NCBI GenBank assembly: GCA_903829815.1
Contig: CAIKRR010000005.1
Span: 506-64,505, forward strand
Length of the DNA: 64,000 nucleotides
Direction of reading: 5' to 3'
Origin: an uncultured Pseudomonadota bacterium
Lineage (GTDB): Bacteria; Pseudomonadota; Gammaproteobacteria; Burkholderiales; SG8-39
The notes below the pieces were generated by a model that ran no database searches, was not told where the DNA came from, and saw nothing but the letters and a program-made list of their open reading frames with translations. Position 1 is the first letter of the stretch, and each line of letters begins with the position of its first letter. Below are positions 40,115-51,080 of this stretch, in pieces. A program made the translations under genes and the position numbers.

Positions 40115-41254
40115 TCAGTCGGCGCCGGTTGTCGACAGCCCACCTTGCGCGTTGAATGGGCCGAGCTTTCGCTGCAGATATTCGTGGAAGTGGAGCATTC
40201 CATCTTCCATCGGTGACTGGTAGGGGCCGCGGTCATCCTGGCCTGCCGCCAGCAGCGCGCCGCGGCCCCCATCCATGCGTCGCGCGATCTCGTCATCTTC
40301 GAGGGCGGTTTCGGCATAGGCGGCCTGTTCGGCCTCGACGAATTCGCGCTCGAACAGCACGATTTCTTCGGGGTAGTAGAACTCGACGATATTGGTCGTG
40401 CGCTGCGGCCCGCGCGGCACCAGGGTACTCACGATGAGCACATGGGGGTACCACTCGAGCATGACGTTGGGGTAGTAGACCATCCAGATGGCGCCATGTT
40501 TCGGCTGCCGGTTGCCGGTAAAGCGCTTCACCGCTTCATGCCACTTGGCATAGACCGGTGTCCCCGGATGGCGCAGGCCGGCATTGACGCCGACCACCTG
40601 AACCGAATATTCCTCGCCGAATTCCCAGCGCAACTCATCGCAGTTCACGAAGCTGCCCAGGCCGGGGTGGAAGGGGATGACGTGGTAATCCTCCAGATAC
40701 ACCTCGATGAAGGTCTTCCAGTTGTGCTGGTGCTCCTTCACCTCGACCCGATCGAGCATGTAGCCGCTGAAGTCGAAATCGGCGATGCAGCCCAAGCCGG
40801 CCAGATCGCGTCCGACATCCCGCTGGCCGGCAAAGAGCAGCCCATTCCAGCGTTGGAGCGAGCGTCGTGGCAATGACAGGCAGGGTTGTTGCGCAAAATG
40901 CGGTGCGCCAAGCAGACTGCCTTGCAGGTCATAGGACCAGCGATGCAGCGGGCAGACCACCGACCGGGTGTTGCCACGCCCTTCGAGCATCAGCGCCTGG
41001 CGATGCCGACAGACGTTGGACATCAGTTCGATGCCATTGGCATTGTGGACCAGCATCTGGCCATGTCCTGCCCCGTCAAGGGTATGGAAGTCACCAGGCT
41101 CGGGCACCATGAGTTCGTGGCCGACATAGCCCGGACCCGGTTCGAACAGGATCCTGCGCTCACGCGCGAGAATGCCTTCATCGAAGTACGATGCCACGGG
41201 GAGTTGCGGGCTGCTGCGGGACAGCTGGGCGGTGCTGCGGGGCAGTTCTGACAT
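40115..41254 (-). CDS. Rieske non-heme iron oxygenase alpha subunit, probable putrescine 2-hydroxylase
   Basis: Rieske CRH...CPLH, mononuclear-Fe motif EVYLEDYHVIPFH; divergent from xseB as in other betaproteobacteria. Family call is firm; substrate is inferred. Confidence 0.75.
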   Translation of the reverse strand: MSELPRSTAQLSRSSPQLPVASYFDEGILARERRILFEPGPGYVGHELMVPEPGDFHTLDGAGHGQMLVHNANGIELMSNVCRHRQALMLEGRGNTRSVVCPLHRWSYDLQGSLLGAPHFAQQPCLSLPRRSLQRWNGLLFAGQRDVGRDLAGLGCIADFDFSGYMLDRVEVKEHQHNWKTFIEVYLEDYHVIPFHPGLGSFVNCDELRWEFGEEYSVQVVGVNAGLRHPGTPVYAKWHEAVKRFTGNRQPKHGAIWMVYYPNVMLEWYPHVLIVSTLVPRGPQRTTNIVEFYYPEEIVLFEREFVEAEQAAYAETALEDDEIARRMDGGRGALLAAGQDDRGPYQSPMEDGMLHFHEYLQRKLGPFNAQGGLSTTGAD

Positions 41255-41409
41255 CGACGGCTCGCCTCCCTGGCGAGGGCGATGGAAACGGAGAAGCATT
41301 CTACCCCGAGCGCTCTGCCCAGGGGTGCAATGCCCGTTGCAGTTGACCATGCCCGAAGCGCCACGCTATCCTGAACCTGCTGATCGAGGCGGAGCTACGG
41401 GTACCCGAC

Positions 41410-41715
41410 ATGTCGCAGACGAAGACCCGCAAGGGCGCAGAGCATGCGCCTGCCGACGTGCCGGACCGTGAAGGTGCCGACGCGCCGGCCCATCCGCCCG
41501 CAGACTTCGAGGCCGCGATCGAGGAACTCGAGCGTCTGGTGGCTTCCATGGAAGGGGGCGCCCTGTCGCTCGAAGCATCGCTGGCGGCTTACCAGCGTGG
41601 TGCGGTGCTCACGCGCTTCTGTCAGGAGCGCCTTGGCGCCGCCGAACAGCAGGTACGTATCCTCGAAGCCGATGTGCTGCGTGCGGTCCAGCCGGTTGAT
41701 GAAGACGATGACTGA
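41410..41715 (+). CDS. xseB: Exodeoxyribonuclease VII small subunit
   Basis: FEAAIEELERLVASMEGGALSLEASLAAYQRG...CQERLGAAEQQV. Confidence 0.94.
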   Translation: MSQTKTRKGAEHAPADVPDREGADAPAHPPADFEAAIEELERLVASMEGGALSLEASLAAYQRGAVLTRFCQERLGAAEQQVRILEADVLRAVQPVDEDDD

Positions 41716-42634
41716 TTCTCCGGCGATGAGCAAGGCGCCTGCGCACGCAGTGGATTTCGCCACCTGGACTGCCCAGGTACAGCAGCAGATCGAGTCGGCG
41801 CTGGCCGCGGTGCTGCCGGCAGCCAGTCGCGCACCGGCACGACTCCACGATGCCATGCGCTATGCCTGCCTCGACGGTGGCAAGCGCGTGCGTCCGTTGC
41901 TGGTCCTGGCGGCAGCCGGTGTGGCAGGTGCCGATGTCCGCGCGAGCGAACAAGCCGCCTGTGCGATCGAGCTCATCCATGCTTATTCGCTCGTGCATGA
42001 CGACATGCCCTGCATGGACGATGACAGTCTGCGTCGCGGCAAGCCCACGGTGCACGTCGAATTCGACGAGGCCACTGCCCTGCTGGTCGGTGATGCCCTG
42101 CAGTCGCTTGCCTTCGAACTGGTGAGTGCGCCCGGACTTCTCCCTGACGCCCGGGTGCAGCTCGAGCTGGTGCACACCCTGGCCAGTGCCGCCGGCTCAC
42201 GAGGCATGGCGGGTGGTCAGGCCATCGATCTGGCGGCGGTCGGGCAGACGCTCACCCTGCCCGAACTCGAGATGATGCACATTCACAAGACTGGCGCGCT
42301 TATTCGTGCCAGCGTGCGCATGGGTGCCTTGTGCGGCCCGAGCAGCCCCGACCTCCTCGAGCGGCTCGACCGCTACGCACGGGCGATCGGGCTGGCCTTC
42401 CAGGTGGTCGATGACGTGCTCGACACGGTCGCCCCCACCGCAACCCTGGGCAAGACGGCCGGCAAGGATGCCGAGGCCAACAAACCCACTTACGTATCGC
42501 TGCTGGGCCTGTCACGTGCCCGTGAACTCGCTGAATCGCTGCGCGCGGATGCGCTCTCTGCAATGCACCCGTTGGGTCCGCCGGCCAACAGGCTGGTCGA
42601 ACTGGCCAACTTCATCGTCAACCGGCAGTTCTGA
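41708..42634 (+). CDS. ispA: Farnesyl diphosphate synthase
   Basis: [43 protein letters not shown]. Confidence 0.95.
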   Translation: MTDSPAMSKAPAHAVDFATWTAQVQQQIESALAAVLPAASRAPARLHDAMRYACLDGGKRVRPLLVLAAAGVAGADVRASEQAACAIELIHAYSLVHDDMPCMDDDSLRRGKPTVHVEFDEATALLVGDALQSLAFELVSAPGLLPDARVQLELVHTLASAAGSRGMAGGQAIDLAAVGQTLTLPELEMMHIHKTGALIRASVRMGALCGPSSPDLLERLDRYARAIGLAFQVVDDVLDTVAPTATLGKTAGKDAEANKPTYVSLLGLSRARELAESLRADALSAMHPLGPPANRLVELANFIVNRQF

Positions 42635-42657
42635 GGCAGCCCGCCAATCGGCCGATC

Positions 42658-44517
42658 ATGTTCGAACTTCTCCAGACCATCAACAGTCCTGCCGACCTGC
42701 GCCAGCTCGATCGGCGCCAATTGCCCGCCCTGGCTGCCGAGTTGCGCCAATTCATCGTCGAATCGGTCTCGCGAACGGGCGGACACCTCTCTTCCAATCT
42801 GGGCACCGTCGAGCTGACGGTAGCCTTGCACCATGTGTTCGATACCCCGCACGACCGCATTGTCTGGGATGTCGGTCACCAGACCTATGCGCACAAGATA
42901 CTCACCGGGCGCCGCGAGCGCATGGACCGGTTGCGCATGGCCGGCGGCATCTCCGGTTTTCCGCGTCGCATCGAGAGTGACTACGACGCATTTGGTACTG
43001 CGCACTCGAGTACCTCGATCAGCGCGGCGCTGGGCATGGCGATGGCGGCCAAGATCAATGGCGAGCGGCGCAGCGCCATCGCCGTGATTGGCGACGGGGC
43101 GATGTCGGCCGGCATGGCTTTCGAGGCGATGAACAATGCCGGGGTGTCCGACGCCGATCTGCTGGTCATCCTCAACGACAACGAGATGTCGATTTCGCCT
43201 GCGGTCGGAGCACTCAACCGCTATCTGGCACGGCTCATGTCCGGTCCCTATGTCGCGGCGCGACGGGCGGGCAAGCGTCTGCTCGAGGCGATGCCCGAGC
43301 CGATGGCCAACCTCGCCCGCCGGGCCGAAGGGCATGTCAAAGGCATGATGGTGCCCTCGACGATGTTCGAGGAGTTCGGGCTCACCTATTACGGTCCCAT
43401 CGACGGTCACGACCTCGATTCGCTGATTCCGACGCTGCGCAGTCTGCGTGATCAGCCCGGGCCGCGCCTGCTCCATGTCATAACCCGCAAGGGGCAGGGC
43501 TATCGCAAGGCCGAAGACGATCCAGTGCTCTACCACGGGGTGTCGAAGTTCCAGCCCGAAGCGGGTCTGGCACCCGGCAAGAGTGGCGGTCGACCTACCT
43601 ATACCCAGGTGTTCGGCGACTGGCTGTGTGACATGGCGGCACGCGATTCGCGTCTGGTGGCCATCACCCCGGCCATGCGCGAGGGCTCGGGTCTGGTGCG
43701 TTTCGAGCGGGAATACCCCGACCGTTATTTCGACGTCGGCATCGCCGAGCAGCATGCGGTCACCTTTGCCGCCGGTCTTGCCTGCGAAGGGATGAAGCCG
43801 GTGGTGGCGATCTACTCCACCTTCCTGCAACGTGGGTACGATCAGCTCATCCACGACGTGTGCCTGCAGAATCTTCCGGTGATCTTCGCGCTTGATCGGG
43901 GCGGCCTGGTGGGAGCCGACGGGGCTACCCATCACGGGGCCTACGATCTGTCGTACCTGCGCTGCCTGCCCAATATCATGGTGATGACCCCCTCTGACGA
44001 GGACGAATGCCGCCAGATGCTCTACACCGCATTCACGCTGGACATGCCGACGGCCATCCGCTACCCGCGCGGTAGCGGACCTGGCATTGCCCCGCGCACC
44101 GAGATGGTGACACTCGAACCGGGACGCGCCGAACTGCGGCGCAGTGGCCGTGGCGTTGCCTTGCTCGCTTTCGGCAGCATGCTCGGCGTGGCGTTGGCCC
44201 TCGGCGATGAGATCGATGCCACGGTCGTGAACATGCGCTTCGTGAAACCGCTCGATCGAGCACTCGTCATCGACATGGCCCGCTCGCATGGCCTCGTGGT
44301 CACTCTCGAGGAGAATGCGATTGCCGGTGGGGCCGGCAGTGCCGTTGCCGAAGCTCTGGCCGAAGCGGGGGTGAGGACCAGCATGTTGCATCTGGGTTTG
44401 CCCGACGAATTCATCGACCATGGCGAGCAGCAGCAGTTGCTGGCCTTGGCCGGGCTCGATCTGGATTCGGTGAGGCAGGCAGTGGCGGCGCGCGTGGCCT
44501 CGCTCGAGCGCTCCTGA
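42658..44517 (+). CDS. dxs: 1-deoxy-D-xylulose-5-phosphate synthase
   Basis: [42 protein letters not shown]. Confidence 0.98.
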   Translation: MFELLQTINSPADLRQLDRRQLPALAAELRQFIVESVSRTGGHLSSNLGTVELTVALHHVFDTPHDRIVWDVGHQTYAHKILTGRRERMDRLRMAGGISGFPRRIESDYDAFGTAHSSTSISAALGMAMAAKINGERRSAIAVIGDGAMSAGMAFEAMNNAGVSDADLLVILNDNEMSISPAVGALNRYLARLMSGPYVAARRAGKRLLEAMPEPMANLARRAEGHVKGMMVPSTMFEEFGLTYYGPIDGHDLDSLIPTLRSLRDQPGPRLLHVITRKGQGYRKAEDDPVLYHGVSKFQPEAGLAPGKSGGRPTYTQVFGDWLCDMAARDSRLVAITPAMREGSGLVRFEREYPDRYFDVGIAEQHAVTFAAGLACEGMKPVVAIYSTFLQRGYDQLIHDVCLQNLPVIFALDRGGLVGADGATHHGAYDLSYLRCLPNIMVMTPSDEDECRQMLYTAFTLDMPTAIRYPRGSGPGIAPRTEMVTLEPGRAELRRSGRGVALLAFGSMLGVALALGDEIDATVVNMRFVKPLDRALVIDMARSHGLVVTLEENAIAGGAGSAVAEALAEAGVRTSMLHLGLPDEFIDHGEQQQLLALAGLDLDSVRQAVAARVASLERS

Positions 44518-44644
44518 GGGTTCTGCAGATCGCTTTGGCAGGCCTGTCTGCGGTCCGGCTGGCGCGCATGATAAAATCGCGCGCTTTCCACGTCGGCTGG
44601 GCGTGGTTCATGCGCCCTGGACGGCTGGCGCCTGCGGAGAGTCA

Positions 44645-45439
44645 ATGAATACGCGCGAACCCCCGGTGATCGCTGACGTGCAAAGCAAGCAGGACACACG
44701 CCAGATCGCCATCGATCGGGTCGGTATTCGCTCGATTCGCCACCCGGTGAGCGTGCTCGGGCGCGGTGGCCAGGTGCAGCATACGGTCGGCAGTTTCAGT
44801 CTGTCGGTCGCCTTGCCGCACCATGTGAAGGGCACTCACATGTCGCGCTTCATCCATATCCTCAATGCCGATCTGGGGGCGCTGTCGGTGCCCGAGTTCA
44901 GGCGACTGCTCGGGCATATGGTGACCCGGCTCGAAGCCGAGTCAGGCTATATCGAAGCCGAGTTTCCGTTCTTCATGCGCAAGCAGGCACCGGTCTCGGG
45001 CCTCGAGAGCCTGCTCGATTACCAGGTGAGTCTGCTCGGTGCCATCGAGGGTGGCCGCGACGTGGTCACGCTCAAGGTCGTCGTGCCGGTTACCAGCCTG
45101 TGCCCGTGTTCAAAGGAAATTTCGGATTACGGCGCCCATAACCAGCGCTCGCATGTGACCTTGAGCGTGTGTACGCGTGGTGAGGTGGCGTTCGAGGATC
45201 TGATCGAACTGGCCGAGGCGCAAGCCTCATGCGAGCTCTACGGCATGCTCAAGCGCAGCGACGAAAAATTCGTGACTGAGCGGGCTTACGACAACCCCAA
45301 GTTTGTCGAAGACCTGGTGCGCGACCTTGCTGCCGCGCTCGACCGTGACCCGCGCATCGAGGGCTACCGGGTCGAAGCCGAGAACTTCGAGTCGATCCAC
45401 AACCATTCGGCCTGGGCGATGATCGAGTCGAAGGCCTAG
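44645..45439 (+). CDS. folE2: GTP cyclohydrolase IB
   Basis: [43 protein letters not shown]. Confidence 0.95.
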   Translation: MNTREPPVIADVQSKQDTRQIAIDRVGIRSIRHPVSVLGRGGQVQHTVGSFSLSVALPHHVKGTHMSRFIHILNADLGALSVPEFRRLLGHMVTRLEAESGYIEAEFPFFMRKQAPVSGLESLLDYQVSLLGAIEGGRDVVTLKVVVPVTSLCPCSKEISDYGAHNQRSHVTLSVCTRGEVAFEDLIELAEAQASCELYGMLKRSDEKFVTERAYDNPKFVEDLVRDLAAALDRDPRIEGYRVEAENFESIHNHSAWAMIESKA

Positions 45440-45452
45440 TTCGGCGGCAGGC

Positions 45453-46157
45453 TCAGAAGCGTCGGGTCAGGGTCATGGTGTCGCCGTCGCGGCGCATCGT
45501 CATGCGTGACAGGAAACTCATGCCCAGCAGCGTGAAGGGCAGAGTCTCCTGCACCACGGCGTCGATGCCGTGCAGGCTGATGTTGCCGACCGAGACCGTA
45601 TCGATGCGTATCTTGTAGCCCCAGGTGTTGCCATTGGCGGTCCACAAGGCCACCCGCGCGCCATCGGCATAGGGCAGGCCGATGCGCCGCGCCTCGGCTA
45701 CCGGCACGGCCACAAAACTGGCGCCGGTATCGACGATGACCGGCAGCGGTGTGCCATTGATGCGGGCCTCGGCATGGAAGTGGCCGTTGGTACCGACCTT
45801 GAGCACCACCTCAGCCGGTCCGCTGCCGCTACTCGGGCCGGTCCATGGTTCGCCAAGGTGCAGGGTGTAACGCACACCATCAATCTCGACGAGTGCTTCG
45901 CTGCCATCAAAAGCGACCAGGCGCACAGGACCCTGGCTCTGCCCGATGGCAAACGCACGCGGCTGGCTGCTGCCGATGGCGAGCAAGGCCTTGTTGCCGA
46001 TCTGACCCACCAGGGCGACTCGTGGAGCACCTGCTGCCCCAACCGGTGGCACCACCAGCAGCAAGCCGCCGAGGCCCGCCACCAGCCGGCCTCCAGGCAG
46101 ACAGGCGCTGCCTGCCAGCAGGAGGGCGCGGCGGCGCTCCTGCCGTGCCTTGCTCAT
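45453..46157 (-). CDS. Clan AA (retropepsin-like, TIGR02281-type) aspartic protease
   Basis: NGHF, IVDTGAS, TANG, LLGMSFL; N-terminal hydrophobic segment. Confidence 0.9.
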   Translation of the reverse strand: MSKARQERRRALLLAGSACLPGGRLVAGLGGLLLVVPPVGAAGAPRVALVGQIGNKALLAIGSSQPRAFAIGQSQGPVRLVAFDGSEALVEIDGVRYTLHLGEPWTGPSSGSGPAEVVLKVGTNGHFHAEARINGTPLPVIVDTGASFVAVPVAEARRIGLPYADGARVALWTANGNTWGYKIRIDTVSVGNISLHGIDAVVQETLPFTLLGMSFLSRMTMRRDGDTMTLTRRF

Positions 46158-47428
46158 CCGGGCAGCTTCTCGAAATCGATGCGCTCATCGATGGGCAGGC
46201 CCCACAGATGCCGGCGCAGGCTGTCCAGTGCCATTTCGGCTGCACCCAGTCGCAGCCATTCGCGGCCACCGACCAGGCGACTGCGTCGAATGATGACGCC
46301 ATCCCGGTGGGCGATCGCAATCTGGATGTGGCCGCCGAAGTCGGTGCGATCCTCGCCTGCGTCGGGTTCGATCAGGGCAACCAGTGCCAGATCGGTGCGG
46401 GCAGCCAGGCGGGCGGTGGTCGCTATCGCCGCAGCCTGCTGGTCGACTGCGACCCCGCTGGCTGCCAGGTCCAGGCCCACGGCGGTGGCCAGTGCAGTGA
46501 CCTCGGGGGCTGCCACCGAGCGACGCAGTACGTCGCTCGCGCCGGTCAGCACGGCCAGACGCGTGGCCACGCGGCCGCCTGTGTAGTCTTCGGCGATCAT
46601 GATCGTCAGCCCGGCATCGCGCAGTGCCGCCAGAACCACGCCCTCCAGGGTCTGATCGTCTTCGGCGAGGATGAAGTTGCCCAGGCGCTCGCGGACCGCT
46701 GCCTCGACCGGTGCCAGCCGCTCGCGCAGTTCGGCCTGACTCGATCCGCGCAGGGCCAGCTTGGTTTCCAGTTGCGGGTAATGCGCCCGAAACCCCAGCT
46801 TCACGCTGCCCTCGGGGGCCAGCGCCTCGACGCCTGCAAGCAGCACGTCGGCACGCGATTCGCCGATGCCAAAGGAGTGAAAGCGCTTGAGCAGCACGGC
46901 CTGTGCGGTACCGCTGCGCGCCAGGATGCGCGGCAGCACCTGCTCGTCGATCATGCGTCGCATTTCGCGTGGTACGCCGGGGGTGAAAAAGAAGCGTGCC
47001 CGGCCGATCTCGATCGCAAAGCCGCAGGCGGTGCCCACCGGGTTGTCGAGCACTTCGGCGCCCACCGGCAGCATCGCCTGCTTGCGGTTGTTGGGCGGCA
47101 TCACGCGACTGCGCAGCCTGAAGTGATTTTCCATCCGGGCAAGCCAGGCTTCGTCCAAAGCCAGGTCGACACCGGCCGCTCGGGCGGCGGTCTCCTGTGA
47201 CAGGTCATCGACCGTGGGCCCGAGCCCGCCGTTGACGATCACCGCATCGGCACGGGCGCCAGCCAGGCGGAAGGCTTCGAGCAGACTCTCCCGGTCGTCA
47301 CCGACCGTGGTTTCCCAGTGCACCGGCAGGCCGGCGTCGTAGAGCTGCCGGCTGATGAAGCTGAAGTTGGTATTGATCGTGGCGCCACTCAGTACTTCGT
47401 CTCCGGTACAAATCACTTCGATACGCAT
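46154..47428 (-). CDS. cinA: CinA-like protein (molybdopterin-binding-like pyrophosphatase domain plus degenerate PncC domain)
   Basis: GDEVLSGATINTN, VGDD, GGLGPTVDD, PGVPREM, GIGES; C-terminal domain reads AEDYTGG. Confidence 0.85.
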   Translation of the reverse strand: MRIEVICTGDEVLSGATINTNFSFISRQLYDAGLPVHWETTVGDDRESLLEAFRLAGARADAVIVNGGLGPTVDDLSQETAARAAGVDLALDEAWLARMENHFRLRSRVMPPNNRKQAMLPVGAEVLDNPVGTACGFAIEIGRARFFFTPGVPREMRRMIDEQVLPRILARSGTAQAVLLKRFHSFGIGESRADVLLAGVEALAPEGSVKLGFRAHYPQLETKLALRGSSQAELRERLAPVEAAVRERLGNFILAEDDQTLEGVVLAALRDAGLTIMIAEDYTGGRVATRLAVLTGASDVLRRSVAAPEVTALATAVGLDLAASGVAVDQQAAAIATTARLAARTDLALVALIEPDAGEDRTDFGGHIQIAIAHRDGVIIRRSRLVGGREWLRLGAAEMALDSLRRHLWGLPIDERIDFEKLPG

Positions 47429-47465
47429 GCGCCTCTCCTCGTCGGCTTGCCGTGTCGGCAAGCAC

Positions 47466-48257
47466 TCACCATGAATTGCGCAGCTCTCGCAGCCGGACGA
47501 ACACCGTTTTCGGATCGGGATGCTCGGGCAGCTCGGGGAAGGCAGCGCGCAGGCGCTCGATCACACCGGGGCTTGCCAGTCTGAAGAAGGCGTTGATCTC
47601 GCGCTCGGTGGCGAGCGTGGTCACCAGTGCATCGGCAGGGTCCTGGCCGGTCACGGTGTCGAGCAAGGTACCGGCCGCCGTATTGCCTGGTTCGCGGTCC
47701 AGGGTGAAGCGCAGATTGTTCTCGATGTAGTCGTGACCCGGATAGATGAGGGTCTCGGGCGGCAGGCGGTCGAGCTGGTTGGCAAAGGTGTCGTAGAGCG
47801 CATCGGCACTGCCGCCGTTGTGGCAGTTGCCGGCACCAGCATTGAACAGGGTGTCGCCACAGAAGAGCGCTGGCCGATCACCGTGTGCGCACAGGCATAC
47901 ATGGCACATCGTGTGGCCAGGGGTGTCGAGCACCTCGAGTTCGACACTGCGCCCGACCTTGATCACGTCGCCAGCGGTCAGACCCTGGGCCATGTCGTCG
48001 ATCTTGCCGCGCGCATTGGCATGGGCGAGGATGGTGGCACCGGTGGCCGCTACAAGGGCCGCGTTGCCGCCGGTATGGTCGCGATGCTCATGGGTGTTGA
48101 CGATGCGGGTGATCGTCCAGCCTTCGGCGCGAGCGACGGCCAGGCAGCGCGCATGGTCGAGCGGGTCGATTGCGATTGCCTCGCCGGTTTCGCCGCAGGC
48201 GATGAGGTAATTGAAGTTGCGATAGGCGTTGGCGGTCCAGATCTGTCGAACGATCAT
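47466..48257 (-). CDS. gloB: Hydroxyacylglutathione hydrolase (glyoxalase II) family metallo-beta-lactamase-fold protein
   Basis: THEHRDHTGG, TPGHT, GDTLF, GHDY, EREINAFFR, LRELRNSW. Confidence 0.85.
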   Translation of the reverse strand: MIVRQIWTANAYRNFNYLIACGETGEAIAIDPLDHARCLAVARAEGWTITRIVNTHEHRDHTGGNAALVAATGATILAHANARGKIDDMAQGLTAGDVIKVGRSVELEVLDTPGHTMCHVCLCAHGDRPALFCGDTLFNAGAGNCHNGGSADALYDTFANQLDRLPPETLIYPGHDYIENNLRFTLDREPGNTAAGTLLDTVTGQDPADALVTTLATEREINAFFRLASPGVIERLRAAFPELPEHPDPKTVFVRLRELRNSW

Positions 48258-48281
48258 CCAGGTGCTCCGGTGGGTATCGCG

Positions 48282-48767
48282 TCAGTCGCGGAAGTTGCCA
48301 TACTGCAGCGGCAGGTCGTCGATCGACTTGCGAACGAGTGCGATCGCACCTTGCAGGTCGTCGCGCTTGGCTCCCGAGACGCGAACCGCCTCGCCCTGGA
48401 TGCTGGCCTGGACCTTGAGCTTGGCATCCTTGATGAGGCGCACGATGCGCTTGGCATTGTCGCTGTCGATGCCGTTGCGCACCTTGATTTCCTGCTTCAG
48501 ACGCCCACCCGACACGGTCTGGGGGGGTTGCGGGTCAAAGGCGCGCACATCGAGCCCGCGCTTGGCGCACTTGGAATTGAGCACGTCGGTGACCTGGCGC
48601 AGCTTGAAGTCGTCATCGGCATGGAGTGTGAGGACGAGGTCCTTTTCCTCGATGCGTGCGTCCGACCCCTTGAAGTCGAAGCGGGTGGAGATTTCCTTGT
48701 TGGACTGCTCGAGCACGTTGCGCAACTCGACCTTGTCGACTTCGGAGGTGATATCGAAGGAGGGCAT
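48282..48767 (-). CDS. yajQ: YajQ family nucleotide/c-di-GMP-binding protein
   Basis: [31 protein letters not shown]. Confidence 0.96.
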   Translation of the reverse strand: MPSFDITSEVDKVELRNVLEQSNKEISTRFDFKGSDARIEEKDLVLTLHADDDFKLRQVTDVLNSKCAKRGLDVRAFDPQPPQTVSGGRLKQEIKVRNGIDSDNAKRIVRLIKDAKLKVQASIQGEAVRVSGAKRDDLQGAIALVRKSIDDLPLQYGNFRD

Positions 48768-48801
48768 CTTGGCGGGGCCGGGTGTGATCGGAGAACGTCG
48801 A

Positions 48802-49995
48802 TTATAGCGGTCGGCCTTGCGGCCCACTGCGTTCAGTCGCGAGGGCCAGCATGCCCAGAGCAGCGATGCATCCCATCAGCAGCAGTGCACCTGCGTAACT
48901 GCTGGCAGCCGCCACGACCGAGAAGAGCACCGGCCCCAGCACCAGTCCTGCCGAGCCGAAGAGAAAACTTGCACTGGTGACTCGTCCGACCTCATCCGGA
49001 GGCGAGAGGCGAGCCACCTCGGCCAGAAAGAGGCCGTTCCAGCCCGACACCGTGAGCCCGGTGGCCAGGCTCAGCGCGGCCAGCAGTGCGGGCGGGCTCT
49101 GCGGCGTCAGCAGGTACAGGCCGATGGCACAGAGGAACATGCCGCCGCCCAGACTGATGAGCACGTGCTGGGCACGCAGTCGCGGGCCACAGGCCAGGCC
49201 CCAGACCAATCGCCCGGTGAAGCCACCTATCTGCATGGTGGCAAAGGCCTGACCGGCCACCAGCAGCGAGGCGTGCAGTTCGGTCACGGCCCAGGTGACC
49301 AGAAAGGTATTCACGCAGACCTGCATCGCGATATAGGCAAACGAGGCAAAGGTCAGTCGCAGCAGGCGCTGGTTGCCCCTCACATGGCGCATTGCCTGGC
49401 GCATGCTCAGGCCGCCTGCTCGTGCGACCTGTGGGGGGTCGAGTTGGCTACGTACCTGTTCGGTCGTGATGATCAGGGCGGCTGTGACGGCAAGGGTCAT
49501 CAGCATCGTGCCTTGCCATGAGGTGGCGAGGAGGAGCAGCGGAAACAGGATGCCGGCGAGCATGCCTGCCACCTGCACCCCGGTCTGCTTCACCGAAAAG
49601 ATGAGGGCCTGGCGCTTCAAGGGCGCAAGCCGCGCCAGCAGGGCCGAACTGGCCGGGGTCTCCAGACCCTGGCCGAGTCCGATCAGAACGGCCGCGAGAC
49701 CCAGTCCGGGCAGCCACCCGCTGGCGGCACAGGCGAGTCCTGCCATGCACAAGGCAAGACAGGCCTGCGATACGCGCAGCGCGCCATGGCGAGCAATGAA
49801 GTGCCCGGCAGTGTAGACAGTTGCGAGCGACGAGCCCCACAGCAGTGCCGACCAGACACCCAGGAGCGACGGGCTCACCGACAGCGACTGTGCAATGGCC
49901 GGCGCCATCACCGGCACGGTGAAGATGGAGAGCGAGGCGACGAGCATCACCAGATTGAGCAGCAATGCGGCACGCCAGTAGTCGGGCAGAAGCAT
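48802..49995 (-). CDS. MFS transporter
   Basis: About 12 hydrophobic segments; IARHGALR loop, [21 protein letters not shown]. Confidence 0.85.
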   Translation of the reverse strand: MLLPDYWRAALLLNLVMLVASLSIFTVPVMAPAIAQSLSVSPSLLGVWSALLWGSSLATVYTAGHFIARHGALRVSQACLALCMAGLACAASGWLPGLGLAAVLIGLGQGLETPASSALLARLAPLKRQALIFSVKQTGVQVAGMLAGILFPLLLLATSWQGTMLMTLAVTAALIITTEQVRSQLDPPQVARAGGLSMRQAMRHVRGNQRLLRLTFASFAYIAMQVCVNTFLVTWAVTELHASLLVAGQAFATMQIGGFTGRLVWGLACGPRLRAQHVLISLGGGMFLCAIGLYLLTPQSPPALLAALSLATGLTVSGWNGLFLAEVARLSPPDEVGRVTSASFLFGSAGLVLGPVLFSVVAAASSYAGALLLMGCIAALGMLALATERSGPQGRPL

Positions 49996-50018
49996 GAGGG
50001 CAGTGCTCTCAGCGCGGT

Positions 50019-51080
50019 TCAGGGTTTGATCGTGACCGGGATTCGGCCCGCCATGATGTCGTAGGCTGCGATATCCAGTTCTGCGGCAATCGATGTATCG
50101 AGCGCTGGCTCGAGCCCGGCCGAGCGTTCGAGCCGCAGCATCGAGGCCTGGCGCAGTCCGAAGCTGCGCTCGAGGTTCGAACGCCAGACCCCGTCGACGA
50201 TGTCGCCAGACAGTCGATCGACCAGGGCACCCCGATCGCAGATCGTGCGCGCGGCAAGCCAGGGGGCGCTGACCGCTGGCGCCGTGCCGTCGCCTTCGCG
50301 GGCGATCAGCCGTACGCGACTGCCGCTGAAGGCTGCCGCCACCTCGGGCGCGCTCGGATCGAGCGCGGCGCACACGCAGGTGACCCCCTCGCGTTCCAGT
50401 TGCTCGACCAGGGTGGCGGGTGTTCTCCGGGCGCCTATCCACTGCACCCGGACTGCTGCGTCCGCCCTGCGTGCGCCGCGCCTGAAGGCTTCGACCCAGG
50501 GTGGGGTGGTGGCGGTTTGTCCGCTGACGGAAGCCGGCGATTCGGTTGCGAAGCGCGAGCCGGGGGTGGGAAAATGCACGGCAATGCTGCCGCCCGGGGC
50601 GATGCGGGCAGCCAGCAAACCCGCGAGCCAGGCCACCTCTTCTTCACGCAGCCGATAGCAGGCCAGCGCGGGGCTGGCGAGGCGTCCGCCCAGGGTGGTG
50701 AATCGCTGCTGCGGCCAGTCCTTTGCAACCTGGGCCAGGGCAGTGTCGAACCGCTCGCCGACACTGACCACCATGCGCACATCGGCAGCGGCCAGCGAGC
50801 GCAGCACCGCCTGCGGGTCTTCGGCGGGCTGCAGAACCCGCACCTGGAGCGGGATATGTCGTGCGGTCTGGACGGCCGCAAGTGCTCGCAGCAGTTGTGC
50901 ATGCTCGTTGGTGGCACTCGGGTCGGCGCCTGCCTCGCCGGGGGTATCGAGCAGCACGGCAAGCGGCCCCCGCTCGATCCGGTCTATACGACTGGAGCAG
51001 GCGGCCAGTGGTCCTGCGGCCAGCGAGCCGGCGACGGCCAGGCGCAGCACACGACGTCGGCCCTGGAGCAGAGGGCGCAC
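50019..51080 (-). CDS. BMP/PnrA-like substrate-binding lipoprotein (divergent)
   Basis: RRRVL...LAAC signal and lipobox; VAKDWPQQRF, EVAWLAGLLAA, AFRRGAR pattern of the BMP family. Confidence 0.7.
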   Translation of the reverse strand: MRPLLQGRRRVLRLAVAGSLAAGPLAACSSRIDRIERGPLAVLLDTPGEAGADPSATNEHAQLLRALAAVQTARHIPLQVRVLQPAEDPQAVLRSLAAADVRMVVSVGERFDTALAQVAKDWPQQRFTTLGGRLASPALACYRLREEEVAWLAGLLAARIAPGGSIAVHFPTPGSRFATESPASVSGQTATTPPWVEAFRRGARRADAAVRVQWIGARRTPATLVEQLEREGVTCVCAALDPSAPEVAAAFSGSRVRLIAREGDGTAPAVSAPWLAARTICDRGALVDRLSGDIVDGVWRSNLERSFGLRQASMLRLERSAGLEPALDTSIAAELDIAAYDIMAGRIPVTIKP

